Assembly: GCA_964623745.1 (NCBI GenBank)
Contig: CAZUVC010000009.1
Location: 10,221-74,220, forward strand
DNA: 64,000 nucleotides
Source: an uncultured Thiobacillus sp.
GTDB lineage: Bacteria > Pseudomonadota > Gammaproteobacteria > Burkholderiales > Thiobacillaceae
Direction of reading: 5' to 3'
The notes under the pieces were generated by a model. It saw nothing but the letters and a program-made list of their open reading frames with translations. It searched no databases and was not told the origin of the DNA. Made by a program: the position numbers and the translations under genes. Positions 50,804 to 59,071 of the stretch are shown here, piece after piece; position 1 is the first letter of the stretch, and every line of letters begins with the position of its first letter.

Positions 50804-50878
50804 CCCCTCGATCAAGGCGCTCCCTCCGGTCGCTGAGACGCGCCGCAAGCGGCGCGCCCCTTACCTTAAACGTTAGGC
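50798..50878 (+). repeat. attC: attC 12 (81 bp)
   Basis: GCCTAAC...GTTAGGC. Confidence 0.9.
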
Positions 50879-50890
50879 TGCACAACATCT

Positions 50891-51115
50891 ATGAGTATCA
50901 GCCTGAAAATATTGCTAGCCGCAGTCTTCCTGGTTGTCGGACTTTCCGTCTTCTGGATTGCAGAAAAGCAAAGTAAGGTTGGGTTTTCAGAACTAGAGGC
51001 GTGCCATAAGCAATGTGCCGTAGAAAAGAAAACCGGGCAGCTAGTGCCCTTCTCATCTACCCAAATCACAAAGCGTGGTGATTTCACTGGCCCGTTGAAA
51101 TGCCAATGCATTTAA
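50891..51115 (+). CDS. Cassette 13: small membrane-anchored protein with 4 Cys
   Basis: N-terminal TM, CHKQC...CQC. Confidence 0.65.
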   Translation: MSISLKILLAAVFLVVGLSVFWIAEKQSKVGFSELEACHKQCAVEKKTGQLVPFSSTQITKRGDFTGPLKCQCI

Positions 51116-51122
51116 TGCCATC

Positions 51123-51200
51123 GCCTAACCCGGCGCTCAACCTCGCTCCCTTCGGTCGCTGGACGGCGCTAAAGCGCCGCCGGTTAGCTCTACGTTAGGC
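51123..51200 (+). repeat. attC: attC 13 (78 bp)
   Basis: GCCTAAC...GTTAGGC. Confidence 0.9.
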
Positions 51201-51563
51201 ATGAGAACAACCATTGTCCGCGTCGTTGCGCTGCTCATCGCGGTCTTTTCTGCTTATGCGGCATATAGGTCAAACGACCCGCGGCTTCTGCTGGGGACTC
51301 TATTCTTTGGAGTGATGGTTGTCCTTAGCATACGGAATGCTGGCGCTGCCGATAGCCCGTACATATTGTTCGCCTTCTCTTGTGTATTCTTCTTCTATTC
51401 GTTCACCGGCCTCGCCGACGGGGAATACAACTGGCGTCGCCATTCTGTTGCCGCTGCGCAGAACCCCCAATTCTTCTGGTCAATATTTGCCGCTACATTT
51501 CTGTTCGGAGTCGTACTGCTTGGTTTTGGGTATGCTCAAATTAAACGGCGGAAACATGCCTAA
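51201..51563 (+). CDS. Cassette 14: membrane protein
   Basis: 4 hydrophobic segments; stop lies in R''. Confidence 0.7.
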   Translation: MRTTIVRVVALLIAVFSAYAAYRSNDPRLLLGTLFFGVMVVLSIRNAGAADSPYILFAFSCVFFFYSFTGLADGEYNWRRHSVAAAQNPQFFWSIFAATFLFGVVLLGFGYAQIKRRKHA

Positions 51564-51638
51564 CCCGTCGGTCAAGGCGCTCCCTGCGGTCGCTGGGACG
51601 CGCCGCAAGCGGCGCGCCCCTTACCTTGAACGTTAGGC
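51558..51638 (+). repeat. attC: attC 14 (81 bp)
   Basis: GCCTAAC...GTTAGGC. Confidence 0.9.
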
Positions 51639-51644
51639 GCACCA

Positions 51645-51899
51645 GTGCATCCTGCAGAAATTAAAGTCAACAATGCCATCTCTGAGTGCCGTGATTTACT
51701 CACGGATGCTGAATATTTCGAGGCTTTTGAATATAGCGATCGACACGGTGAGTATGGTCTTGCGATCGAGACACTGGCAGACATCCTGATTGAAAAGGGA
51801 ACCACTCCGAATCGAGATCAATTCAACGCCATCGCTGAGGCGTTTCGGTTCATGAACCTTGATCCCCGTGGTCGTCTCGAGCACCTCGAAGGCAGGTGA
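51645..51899 (+). CDS. Cassette 15: MafI-like immunity protein
   Basis: EY..RHGEYGLAIETLADILIE pattern, 84 aa, helical. Confidence 0.6.
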   Translation: MHPAEIKVNNAISECRDLLTDAEYFEAFEYSDRHGEYGLAIETLADILIEKGTTPNRDQFNAIAEAFRFMNLDPRGRLEHLEGR

Positions 51900-51908
51900 A
51901 ATGCATGC

Positions 51909-51968
51909 GCCTAACCCATCATTCAAGCGGGACGCGCTAAAGCGCGCCCCTTAATTCAAACGTTAGGT
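51909..51968 (+). repeat. attC: attC 15 (60 bp, interior identical to attC 1)
   Basis: GCCTAAC...GTTAGGT. Confidence 0.9.
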
Positions 51969-51976
51969 TTTAGTCC

Positions 51977-52324
51977 ATGGCCCCGTGGGGAGAGTTAGCA
52001 TTACGAACCTTAATCAGCATGGTGGGCATAACCGTGGCCACATTCGCTTTTGTGCGGGGTGCAGAGTGGCTACGCCAAAAATTTCGCGGAAGACTCAAAG
52101 ATGTTATTCACACGACATACGTCGTCATAGTTGCATCCTGCTTGGTCTTAGCCCCGACCATGTACTTGATTACAGCGGCACAAGGAATGGTTCTGGGCGA
52201 TGATGGCCTCTTATTTCTGGGGATAACAGGAGTGGCATGGTTGCTCACAATGGCGCTTATGCTGTTTGTCAATTTTTCTCTAGTCAAGAAATCCTCAATC
52301 CTGAAAAGCAATGATGGAACCTAA
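51977..52324 (+). CDS. Cassette 16: membrane protein
   Basis: 3 hydrophobic segments; stop lies in R''. Confidence 0.68.
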   Translation: MAPWGELALRTLISMVGITVATFAFVRGAEWLRQKFRGRLKDVIHTTYVVIVASCLVLAPTMYLITAAQGMVLGDDGLLFLGITGVAWLLTMALMLFVNFSLVKKSSILKSNDGT

Positions 52325-52399
52325 CAACGCCATCCACTCGGACGCGCAAGAGCTACGCTGCGCTCTGCACTTGCGCGCCGGTGATGGCGAACGTTAGCC
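52319..52399 (+). repeat. attC: attC 16 (81 bp, divergent type)
   Basis: ACCTAAC...GTTAGCC. Confidence 0.85.
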
Positions 52400-52408
52400 C
52401 TCATTGTC

Positions 52409-52582
52409 ATGAAACCACTCGTAATCCCACCAGCAGCTCAACGCGACGACAACTCAATCCAAATGCTGAGCGCATGGATTGCAGAGAATGGCCTGCACTG
52501 TTCGCTGAATATTGGAATGTGGGATGCTCAGGGTTTGAATGAGGCAAAATCTTGGGGCATTCTGCTCGCAGACGTTGTTTGA
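52409..52582 (+). pseudogene. Cassette 17: truncated DUF5076-like gene with no attC
   Basis: MKPLVIPPAA..MLSAWIAENGLHCSLNIGMW..WGILLADVV stop; 57 aa, followed directly by AAC/GTTGGGC. Confidence 0.6.
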
Positions 52583-52613
52583 CACATAACGTTGGGCGCT
52601 TCATGCCGCTATC

Positions 52614-53270
52614 GTGAACCGCAACAATATGAACCCTGCCCGAATCCAATCGCGCCCTGAGGAAGTTGCCAATAGCCTCAGCCATGGTCTTGGACTGGTC
52701 GCCGCGCTGGTTGGTGTTCCGGTCTTGCTCGTCCATGCAGCGCAGCGCAGCGATGCCCTACTCATTGCCGGCACCGCGGTCTTCTGCGCCACGATCTTGC
52801 TGGTGTACTTCGCATCGACTGTCTATCACGCGCTTCCAAGCGGCAAGGCAAAGCGTGTCTTTCGCGTTCTGGATCACGCCTCCATCTATCTGCTCATCGC
52901 AGGCACGTACACGCCGTTCACACTCGGTGTGCTTCGTGGGGCATGGGGTTGGGCCCTGTTTGCGATTATTTGGCTCGTGGCCACTGTTGGAGTGGTGCTC
53001 AAGGCATGGGGCGGCATGGTTCACCCTGTCATCTCCACGGGTCTGTACCTGGTCATGGGGTGGGTCATCGTCATCGCGGCCGACCCGATGCTCGCCAAGG
53101 TGCCGACAGCGGGCCTGCTTTGGCTGCTGGCGGGGGGGCTGTTCTATACCCTGGGTGTCGCCTTCTACGCCACGGACTCCAGGCTGCGGTACGGGCATCT
53201 GATCTGGCACTTCTTCGTGCTTGGCGGCACTGTCTGCCACTACTTTGCAGTGCTGTGGTATGCGGCCTAA
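52614..53270 (+). CDS. Hemolysin III / PAQR family membrane protein (TrhA/YqfA-like)
   Basis: EEVANSLSHG, STVYH, LDHASIYLLIAGTYTPF and HLIWHFFV motifs. Confidence 0.92.
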   Translation: MNRNNMNPARIQSRPEEVANSLSHGLGLVAALVGVPVLLVHAAQRSDALLIAGTAVFCATILLVYFASTVYHALPSGKAKRVFRVLDHASIYLLIAGTYTPFTLGVLRGAWGWALFAIIWLVATVGVVLKAWGGMVHPVISTGLYLVMGWVIVIAADPMLAKVPTAGLLWLLAGGLFYTLGVAFYATDSRLRYGHLIWHFFVLGGTVCHYFAVLWYAA

Positions 53271-53437
53271 AGAAACGCTGAATAAGCCGTCACCCCGGCG
53301 GTGCGCGGTTGTTACGGCTTTGACTGTCTTACAACCGCGGTCTGCCCCTTGCGGGTGAAAGCCTGGGCCCAGATGCTTGATTCAACTGGATACCAGCTTC
53401 CGCCGGAATGACGAATGTGGACTTGTTCTGGGTTTCC
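53271..53437. mobile_element. 167-bp IS5-type MITE containing REP-like palindromes
   Basis: 16-bp imperfect TIRs (AGAAACGCTGAATAAG / GGAAACCCAGAACAAG) flanked by CTAA direct repeats at 53267 and 53438. Confidence 0.65.
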
Positions 53438-53494
53438 CTAAGCCACGTTGTTCATTCGGGATTTTGTGCGAGACTTCATGTTCATTGCAACAAT

Positions 53495-53573
53495 GCCTAA
53501 CCCGTCGGGCCAGGAACTCCCCCGGTCGCCGGGGCGCGCCTCGGGCGACGCGTCCCTCAACGCAAACGTAGCC
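53495..53573 (+). repeat. attC: Degenerate attC (R' reads GTAGCC)
   Basis: Colinear with attC 12/14 but mutated and missing one T of GTT. Confidence 0.7.
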
Positions 53574-53582
53574 GCTCATCCT

Positions 53583-53867
53583 TTGCTTACAGTCGACAAA
53601 CTGAGAATCTACGAGCAGTTCGATGGCGACATCGATGGTTGGGCACGCGCTTCTCGCACTCAAACGCCCCCTGTCATGACGGACGAAGACTGGTATCTCA
53701 TCGGTGAGCTGCTCATGGGGCTCGCCACAGTCAAGACCGGGGTGGCATCACCGTCGTATGCCCAGCAGGTAGAACAGCGGCTACTCGCGAGTACGAGCGA
53801 CCAGGCTACCCGCAGCATTCTGCATGCACTCGCCACACGCCGAGCGGTCAGTTGCAGCGGGCAATAA
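53583..53867 (+). CDS. Relict cassette ORF, hypothetical protein
   Basis: TTG start just after the degenerate attC; LTVDKLRIYEQFDGDIDGWAR. Confidence 0.55.
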   Translation: MLTVDKLRIYEQFDGDIDGWARASRTQTPPVMTDEDWYLIGELLMGLATVKTGVASPSYAQQVEQRLLASTSDQATRSILHALATRRAVSCSGQ

Positions 53868-54099
53868 CCTCCCCTAAATAGTTGTCACCTCCACCTAACC
53901 GGTTGGAAGTGCAACATGGCCAAACCCCGGCCCCGGAAAGAACAAGCGCTGCAGCGCCCGCTGGCAAGGCTGACTCCGCTTGCGGCATCTGCTATGTTTG
54001 CCTGATGGCGGGGATTATGGGACCTTTAGGCACTGGACCGCACGGCATCCGGCCCGCACGGCAGACTGGGATGATCATCAGCTGACACGCGATATAGAC

Positions 54100-55110
54100 A
54101 TGGACCCTTTTCTAGACAAACTGGTAGCGGCCGTATCGGACAGCGAAGACCTGGAAAGCCTGGTGCGCCCGCTGCTGGGGCTGCTGGAGTCGGTCACCGG
54201 GCTTGAGTCGACTTACCTGACGACGATTGACCTCGAGCGCAATGTCCAGCGCATTGTATTTTCGCGCAATACGCAATCGCTGAAAATTCCCGAGGGGCTG
54301 GAGGTGCCGTGGGGCGACACGCTGTGCAAGCGCGCGCTCGACGAGGGGCGGCCTTTTGTGGACGATGTGGCGGGCTGCTGGGGCGATTCGGACGCGGCGC
54401 GCGTGCTGGGGATCACCACGTATCTGAGCGAGCCGGTGCATGTGGCGGCGGGTGAGCTGTACGGCACGCTGTGCGGTGCCAGCGGTGCGCGGATCCAGGT
54501 TACAGACGACACGCGCCGGCTGCTACAGATGTTTTCACAGCTGATCGCGCGCCAGCTGGAACGCGACCGCCTGCTTGCCCAGCTGAAGAATGAGAACCGC
54601 GAATACAGCCGGTATGCGCTGTCCGACCCGCTGACGGGGATTCCCAACCGGCGCGCGCTGATGAACGAGCTCACGCGGGCGCTGGCCAATGCGGGACGCG
54701 CGGACACGGCGGTTCATGTGGCCTTTGTCGATCTGGACGGATTCAAGGCGATCAACGACCAGCATGGCCACGATGCGGGCGACCGTTTTCTGATTGCGAT
54801 TGCCCGGGCGCTGGTGGGCGGCATGCGCGATGGCGATTTTGTTGCGCGTTATGGCGGTGACGAGTTTGTCGTGTTCGGACCAGCCACGTCCGACTCCCAC
54901 GATGCGAGCCGCGCGGCGATACGCGAACGGCTGCAACGCCTGACCACCGGGCGCTTTTCCATCGGCCTGCATACGCTCGACTATACGGGCGCCAGTGTCG
55001 GCGTGGTGACTTCGGGCGCCAGCGAGCGCGATGGCGAGGCACTCCTGTCGCGGGCGGACTCGGCCATGTACGAGGCCAAGAAGGCCCGGCGCGCACGGGC
55101 GACGCCATGA
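54100..55110 (+). CDS. GAF-GGDEF diguanylate cyclase (YeaP/DgcP-like)
   Basis: TGLESTYLT, VPWGDTLCKRAL and GGDEF motifs. Confidence 0.9.
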   Translation: MDPFLDKLVAAVSDSEDLESLVRPLLGLLESVTGLESTYLTTIDLERNVQRIVFSRNTQSLKIPEGLEVPWGDTLCKRALDEGRPFVDDVAGCWGDSDAARVLGITTYLSEPVHVAAGELYGTLCGASGARIQVTDDTRRLLQMFSQLIARQLERDRLLAQLKNENREYSRYALSDPLTGIPNRRALMNELTRALANAGRADTAVHVAFVDLDGFKAINDQHGHDAGDRFLIAIARALVGGMRDGDFVARYGGDEFVVFGPATSDSHDASRAAIRERLQRLTTGRFSIGLHTLDYTGASVGVVTSGASERDGEALLSRADSAMYEAKKARRARATP

Positions 55111-55216
55111 CACAGCCGGCATCCTTCCCGCTGCGCGAAGTGTGGTCGCCAGATGCAAGCTGGCAGGCATTCATCGACCAGGCCTTGCAGACCCCGCTCT
55201 CAACGATCGAATAGCG

Positions 55217-55882
55217 TCAGCGGCGCCCGCGCATCACGGCGCCCGCAACGGCCAGCAATGCCGCCAGCGGCAACAGCGCAAAGTCGGGCGCGTTCATTGC
55301 CCACAGCGTGGTGCCGCTGATCAGACACCACAACAGCGGAATCGGAAACAGCATCCACAGCGCACGCGCGCCGGCGAGCAGCAGCGCGCCGAGCGTGACG
55401 AGCACGGTGGGATCGGGCGCCATGCCAACGATTTCGGCATGGGCCCAGTTTCGGCCCAGTAGCGGCGCCAGCAACGGAAACCCCAGCACGCCAAACAGCA
55501 CCAGCACCAGACCGATACGCGCCGTCCACGACGTCGCCGGCGCCGGCGTAAAACGGTTGCGCACCGCGCCCAGCCATATCAGCAGCACGGCCTGGGCGAT
55601 GAAAGCCCAGGCAAAGAAATCGGCCGCGAGGTGGATGCTGGCGTAGCGTTGTGCGTGGTACGCCCACGCCACCCACAGCCAGCCTGCGGCCAGGATCAGC
55701 GCCACGATGCGCCCTGCCCCGGCCCCGCCGCGCCGCCACAGCACCGGCAGCGCTACGCCGAGCGCGAGTGCCAGCAGCGGCAGCGGCCACCACGCCAGGT
55801 TATGAAGTTCGAACAGCCGGTAATACGTCTGCGGCGAAAACAGCAGCAGGTCGCGCGGGCTGTAGGTCCACCATTCCGACAT
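55217..55882 (-). CDS. Membrane protein (DUF6064-like)
   Basis: MSEWWTY..DLLLFSP.TYYRLF and APDPT motifs; TGATG overlap with upstream gene. Confidence 0.7.
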   Translation of the reverse strand: MSEWWTYSPRDLLLFSPQTYYRLFELHNLAWWPLPLLALALGVALPVLWRRGGAGAGRIVALILAAGWLWVAWAYHAQRYASIHLAADFFAWAFIAQAVLLIWLGAVRNRFTPAPATSWTARIGLVLVLFGVLGFPLLAPLLGRNWAHAEIVGMAPDPTVLVTLGALLLAGARALWMLFPIPLLWCLISGTTLWAMNAPDFALLPLAALLAVAGAVMRGRR

Positions 55883-56823
55883 CAGCGGCCGGCGTAAAAG
55901 GCGGCCATGCGCGAGCGCATGGCCGCGTCCGGCAGGCGCCCGGTGGCGGTGCCCATGTTCTCGCGCACATGGTCGACCCGGGTGGTGGCCGGAATCGCGC
56001 AGGTGACGGCCGGATGCGAAATGACGAACTTGAGCGCGAACTGCGCCCAGCTGGTGCAGTCGATTTCGGCCGCCCACGACGGCAGCCGGCGGCGCGCCAG
56101 CCGTTCCAGCAGATTGCCCTGCTGGAACGGCCGGTTGACGATGATGGCGATGTCGCGCTCCAGCGCAAGCGGCAGCAGGCGCTGCTCGGCTTCGCGGTCA
56201 TGCAGGTTGTAGGTGAGCTGGACGAAATCGATCGGCTGGCTGGACATGATCTGCTCCAGCTCGCGGTGGCGGCGCCCGTGCGAGGTGGTAATGCCCACGT
56301 AGCGCAACTGGCCAGCCGCCTTCATCGCGAACAGGGTCGGCAGGTGCATCTGCCACGACAGAAGGTTGTGCACCTGCATCAGGTCGAAGCGCGGTATGCC
56401 CCACAGCCGGCGCGACGCGTCCATCTGCATGCGGCCCTCGTCCTCGCCGGCAATCCAGACCTTGTCGGCGGCAAACAGGTTGGCCGGCCGGCCGATCTTT
56501 TTGAGGGCGTAGCCGATGACGTCCTGCGCCGAGCCATACATCGGGGAGCTGTCGATCAGGCGGCCGCCGGCCTCGAAGAAGGCACGCATCACGTCGGCGC
56601 TGGCGTCGCGCGCGACGGGGTCGTTGCCGACGTTGAAGGTGATCCAGCTGCCGAGCCCCACCAGCGGAAGCGCTTCGCGGCCCGAAGGGATGATGCGAGT
56701 GGCGGGCTGGGCCTGCGGCGATTGCGCCAGGGCCGATTGCGTCAGGGCCGGGCCCAGCAGCGGCGCGACTGCCAGGGCGCCCAGCAGTCTGCGACGCGTG
56801 TCATTCGGGGTTTTGCTCATCAC
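55882..56823 (-). CDS. Aldo/keto reductase with Tat-like leader
   Basis: TRRRLL; VGLGSW, IDSSPMYG and DLMQVHNL motifs. Confidence 0.88.
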   Translation of the reverse strand: MMSKTPNDTRRRLLGALAVAPLLGPALTQSALAQSPQAQPATRIIPSGREALPLVGLGSWITFNVGNDPVARDASADVMRAFFEAGGRLIDSSPMYGSAQDVIGYALKKIGRPANLFAADKVWIAGEDEGRMQMDASRRLWGIPRFDLMQVHNLLSWQMHLPTLFAMKAAGQLRYVGITTSHGRRHRELEQIMSSQPIDFVQLTYNLHDREAEQRLLPLALERDIAIIVNRPFQQGNLLERLARRRLPSWAAEIDCTSWAQFALKFVISHPAVTCAIPATTRVDHVRENMGTATGRLPDAAMRSRMAAFYAGR

Positions 56824-57097
56824 AGGGTCTCCGGCTTATTCCCGTGTCAGGGCTTATCAAGGCTGGCCTATATCGGGAATGATAAAGCGAATAGTGGACA
56901 GGACGCGCTCATCTCCTGCAAACCGGCCGCAACAGCCAGACTGGCGGCATTCGTGGGAATTATGCACGTTTGTACTACCTAAAAAGGTAAAAAAGGATTA
57001 ATCTGCGATTCGTTTCATCCTGGCAGCGTATCCCGAACCGTTTCGGACCCGCCAGGCTTACGGTTCAGCACAAAAAACAATCCTAGAGGAGATTCAA

Positions 57098-57670
57098 ATG
57101 CGCACTCTGCGTTTCGCCGCCCTGGCCTCGGCACTGGCCCTATCCATGCCTGCGTCTGCCGGTTTCTTTGACTTCACCCTGGCGCCCTATCTGGGTGCGA
57201 GCGTGGGCCAGGCCACCTCAGACATCAGCTGCCCCGCCGCGACCAGCTGCGACGACTCGGATATGGCCTGGAAGATCTTTGGCGGGCTTGAAGTCAACGA
57301 ATACATCTCGATGGAATTTGGCTACGTCGACACGGGCGAAGTCGAATACACGGGTGCGCAGACGGGGACACGGGAAGTCGACGGCGTCACCATGCGCCTG
57401 CTCGGAACCTATGCACTCAGCCCCAATTTTTCCCTGCTCGCTTCGGGTGGCATGAACTTCCTGCAAGCCGACGTCAAAGGGACCGTGGCAGCTGAAGACA
57501 CCGACATTGCATGGTCTCTTGGCCTGGGCGCCCAGTACAACTTCTCCAAGTCGGTGGGGCTCCGCGTGGAATGGGAGCGCTTTTTCGAAGTGGGAAGCTC
57601 GGACTTCAATGGCGGAACCGGCGAAGCGGACATCGACCTGATCTCGGCCGGCGTGGTCTTCAAGTTCTGA
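57098..57670 (+). CDS. OmpA-like outer-membrane beta-barrel
   Basis: Signal peptide, alternating beta strands, terminal FKF. Confidence 0.85.
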   Translation: MRTLRFAALASALALSMPASAGFFDFTLAPYLGASVGQATSDISCPAATSCDDSDMAWKIFGGLEVNEYISMEFGYVDTGEVEYTGAQTGTREVDGVTMRLLGTYALSPNFSLLASGGMNFLQADVKGTVAAEDTDIAWSLGLGAQYNFSKSVGLRVEWERFFEVGSSDFNGGTGEADIDLISAGVVFKF

Positions 57671-57694
57671 TAGCTGGACCCGACGTTTCGGCAT

Positions 57695-57720
57695 AAAAAG
57701 GGGGCGCAAGCCCCCTTTTT
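57695..57720. terminator. Bidirectional rho-independent terminator
   Basis: AAAAAGGGGGC-GCAA-GCCCCCTTTTT between convergent genes. Confidence 0.85.
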
Positions 57721-57746
57721 ATTGCCTAGCATCCCGTGCCCGGCTC

Positions 57747-57941
57747 TCAACTCATTTCGTCGATCCACGCCATCTGGATCGCTTCGAGAATCTTTTCGCC
57801 GGAATGCTCGGGGTCGTCGTCAAAGTCCGGCAGCTCCATCACCCAGCCTCGCAGATCGGTGAAGCGGATGGTGCGCGGGTCGATCTCGGGGTGTGCTTCG
57901 GCGAGTTCGATCGCGATATCGAGGGAATCCGTCCACTTCAT
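57747..57941 (-). CDS. iscX: Fe-S assembly protein IscX
   Basis: MKWTDS.DIAIEL..RFTDL..EKILEAIQMAW. Confidence 0.93.
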   Translation of the reverse strand: MKWTDSLDIAIELAEAHPEIDPRTIRFTDLRGWVMELPDFDDDPEHSGEKILEAIQMAWIDEMS

Positions 57942-57942
57942 T

Positions 57943-58281
57943 TCAATGACCTTCCTTGACCATGTTGATGGTGTATTTTGGGATTTCGATCACCAGGTCG
58001 CTGCTGGCGACGCGCGCCTGGCACGATAGCCGCGACTGCGGTTCCAGTCCCCAGGCCTTGTCGAGCAGATCGTCCTCGTCTTCGGTCGACTCGGCCAGCG
58101 AATTGAAGCCTTCGCGCACGATGACGTGGCAGGTGGTGCAGGCGCAGGATTTTTCGCAGGCGTGTTCGATTTCGACCCCATTGGCGAGCAGGGTGTCGCA
58201 GATGGTCTCGCCCGGCTTGGCTTCGATGACGGTGCCTTCGGGACAGAGTTCGACGTGGGGCAATACGATGAGTTGGGGCAT
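57943..58281 (-). CDS. fdx: ISC 2Fe-2S ferredoxin
   Basis: EHACEKSCACTTCH and SRLSCQ motifs. Confidence 0.95.
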   Translation of the reverse strand: MPQLIVLPHVELCPEGTVIEAKPGETICDTLLANGVEIEHACEKSCACTTCHVIVREGFNSLAESTEDEDDLLDKAWGLEPQSRLSCQARVASSDLVIEIPKYTINMVKEGH

Positions 58282-58282
58282 A

Positions 58283-59071
58283 TCAGGCGGCTTGGGTTTG
58301 TTGGCTTGGCAGGGCGGCGAGCACGCCGTCCCAGAATTGTAACCGGGCGTCGACTGCGGCGGCGGCCGCAGCTTCGGCTTCGCGCCATTTGGCGGCGTCG
58401 TCGCCGCACAGCGCGGCGAGCAGGCGCAGCGACAGCGGCGCATGAAAATCCTCGTCCAGGTGGACGTGGCGGTTGAGGTAGTAGTGGAAGCTGGGCGCCT
58501 GCGCCTCGGTCACCGCCATGCGCGACAGGAACGCGCGGAACATCGACGGGATGACGTGCTCGCGGCCTAGCGCCAGCGCGGCGGCGACGGTGTGCGGCTT
58601 GCCGCTGGCCAGAAAATCGAAGGTGGTGCGGGTGAACGCGGCCGACGGCGCCGGTGCCCTGCCCGACGCCAGCACGGTGTCGATGCCCTGCTCCGCCACC
58701 TGCTGCACGAAGTGCGCCGGCGTGTCGGCATCGGCGCCGATTTCGCGCATGGCGGCCAGATACAGCATGAAGTGGCTGGTATGCCCTTCCTGCCCCGGCA
58801 GCGCGACGTCGGTTTCCTCTTCCAGCACCAGCTCGTTGATGAAGCGCTGCACCGAGGCGTCGCCCTGCGGCGTCCACGGCCAGCGCGCCGGCGCGACCTC
58901 GTGCTGCAGATACTTGATCAGCGACATGAAGTCCCACACCGAATAGACGTGGTGCTGCATGAACACGCGCAGGTCGTCCAGCGTCCGTACCGCGGCATAG
59001 ATCGGGTGCGCTTCGAGCCGAGCCCGCAGGGATTCGATGAAGGTGTCGTTCAGCATCGGGGAGTCAGACAT
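58283..59071 (-). CDS. DUF3050-like protein (heme-oxygenase-like fold)
   Basis: FMQHHVYSVWDFMSL, INELVLEEETD, SHF..YL.AM and YYLNRHVHLDEDFH motifs. Confidence 0.8.
   Translation of the reverse strand: MSDSPMLNDTFIESLRARLEAHPIYAAVRTLDDLRVFMQHHVYSVWDFMSLIKYLQHEVAPARWPWTPQGDASVQRFINELVLEEETDVALPGQEGHTSHFMLYLAAMREIGADADTPAHFVQQVAEQGIDTVLASGRAPAPSAAFTRTTFDFLASGKPHTVAAALALGREHVIPSMFRAFLSRMAVTEAQAPSFHYYLNRHVHLDEDFHAPLSLRLLAALCGDDAAKWREAEAAAAAAVDARLQFWDGVLAALPSQQTQAA

Larger units (their letters stand above)
44244..53867. mobile_element. Chromosomal integron: intI, attI, 16 intact cassettes and a degraded distal tail
   Basis: Repeated RYYTAAC...GTTRRRY sites separate single co-oriented low-GC ORFs. 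Confidence 0.93.

Noticed and set aside
45733..52399. Regularly recurring repeats as a CRISPR array
   Set aside because: Spacers are whole genes, repeats have attC core sites, intI is adjacent and no cas genes are present
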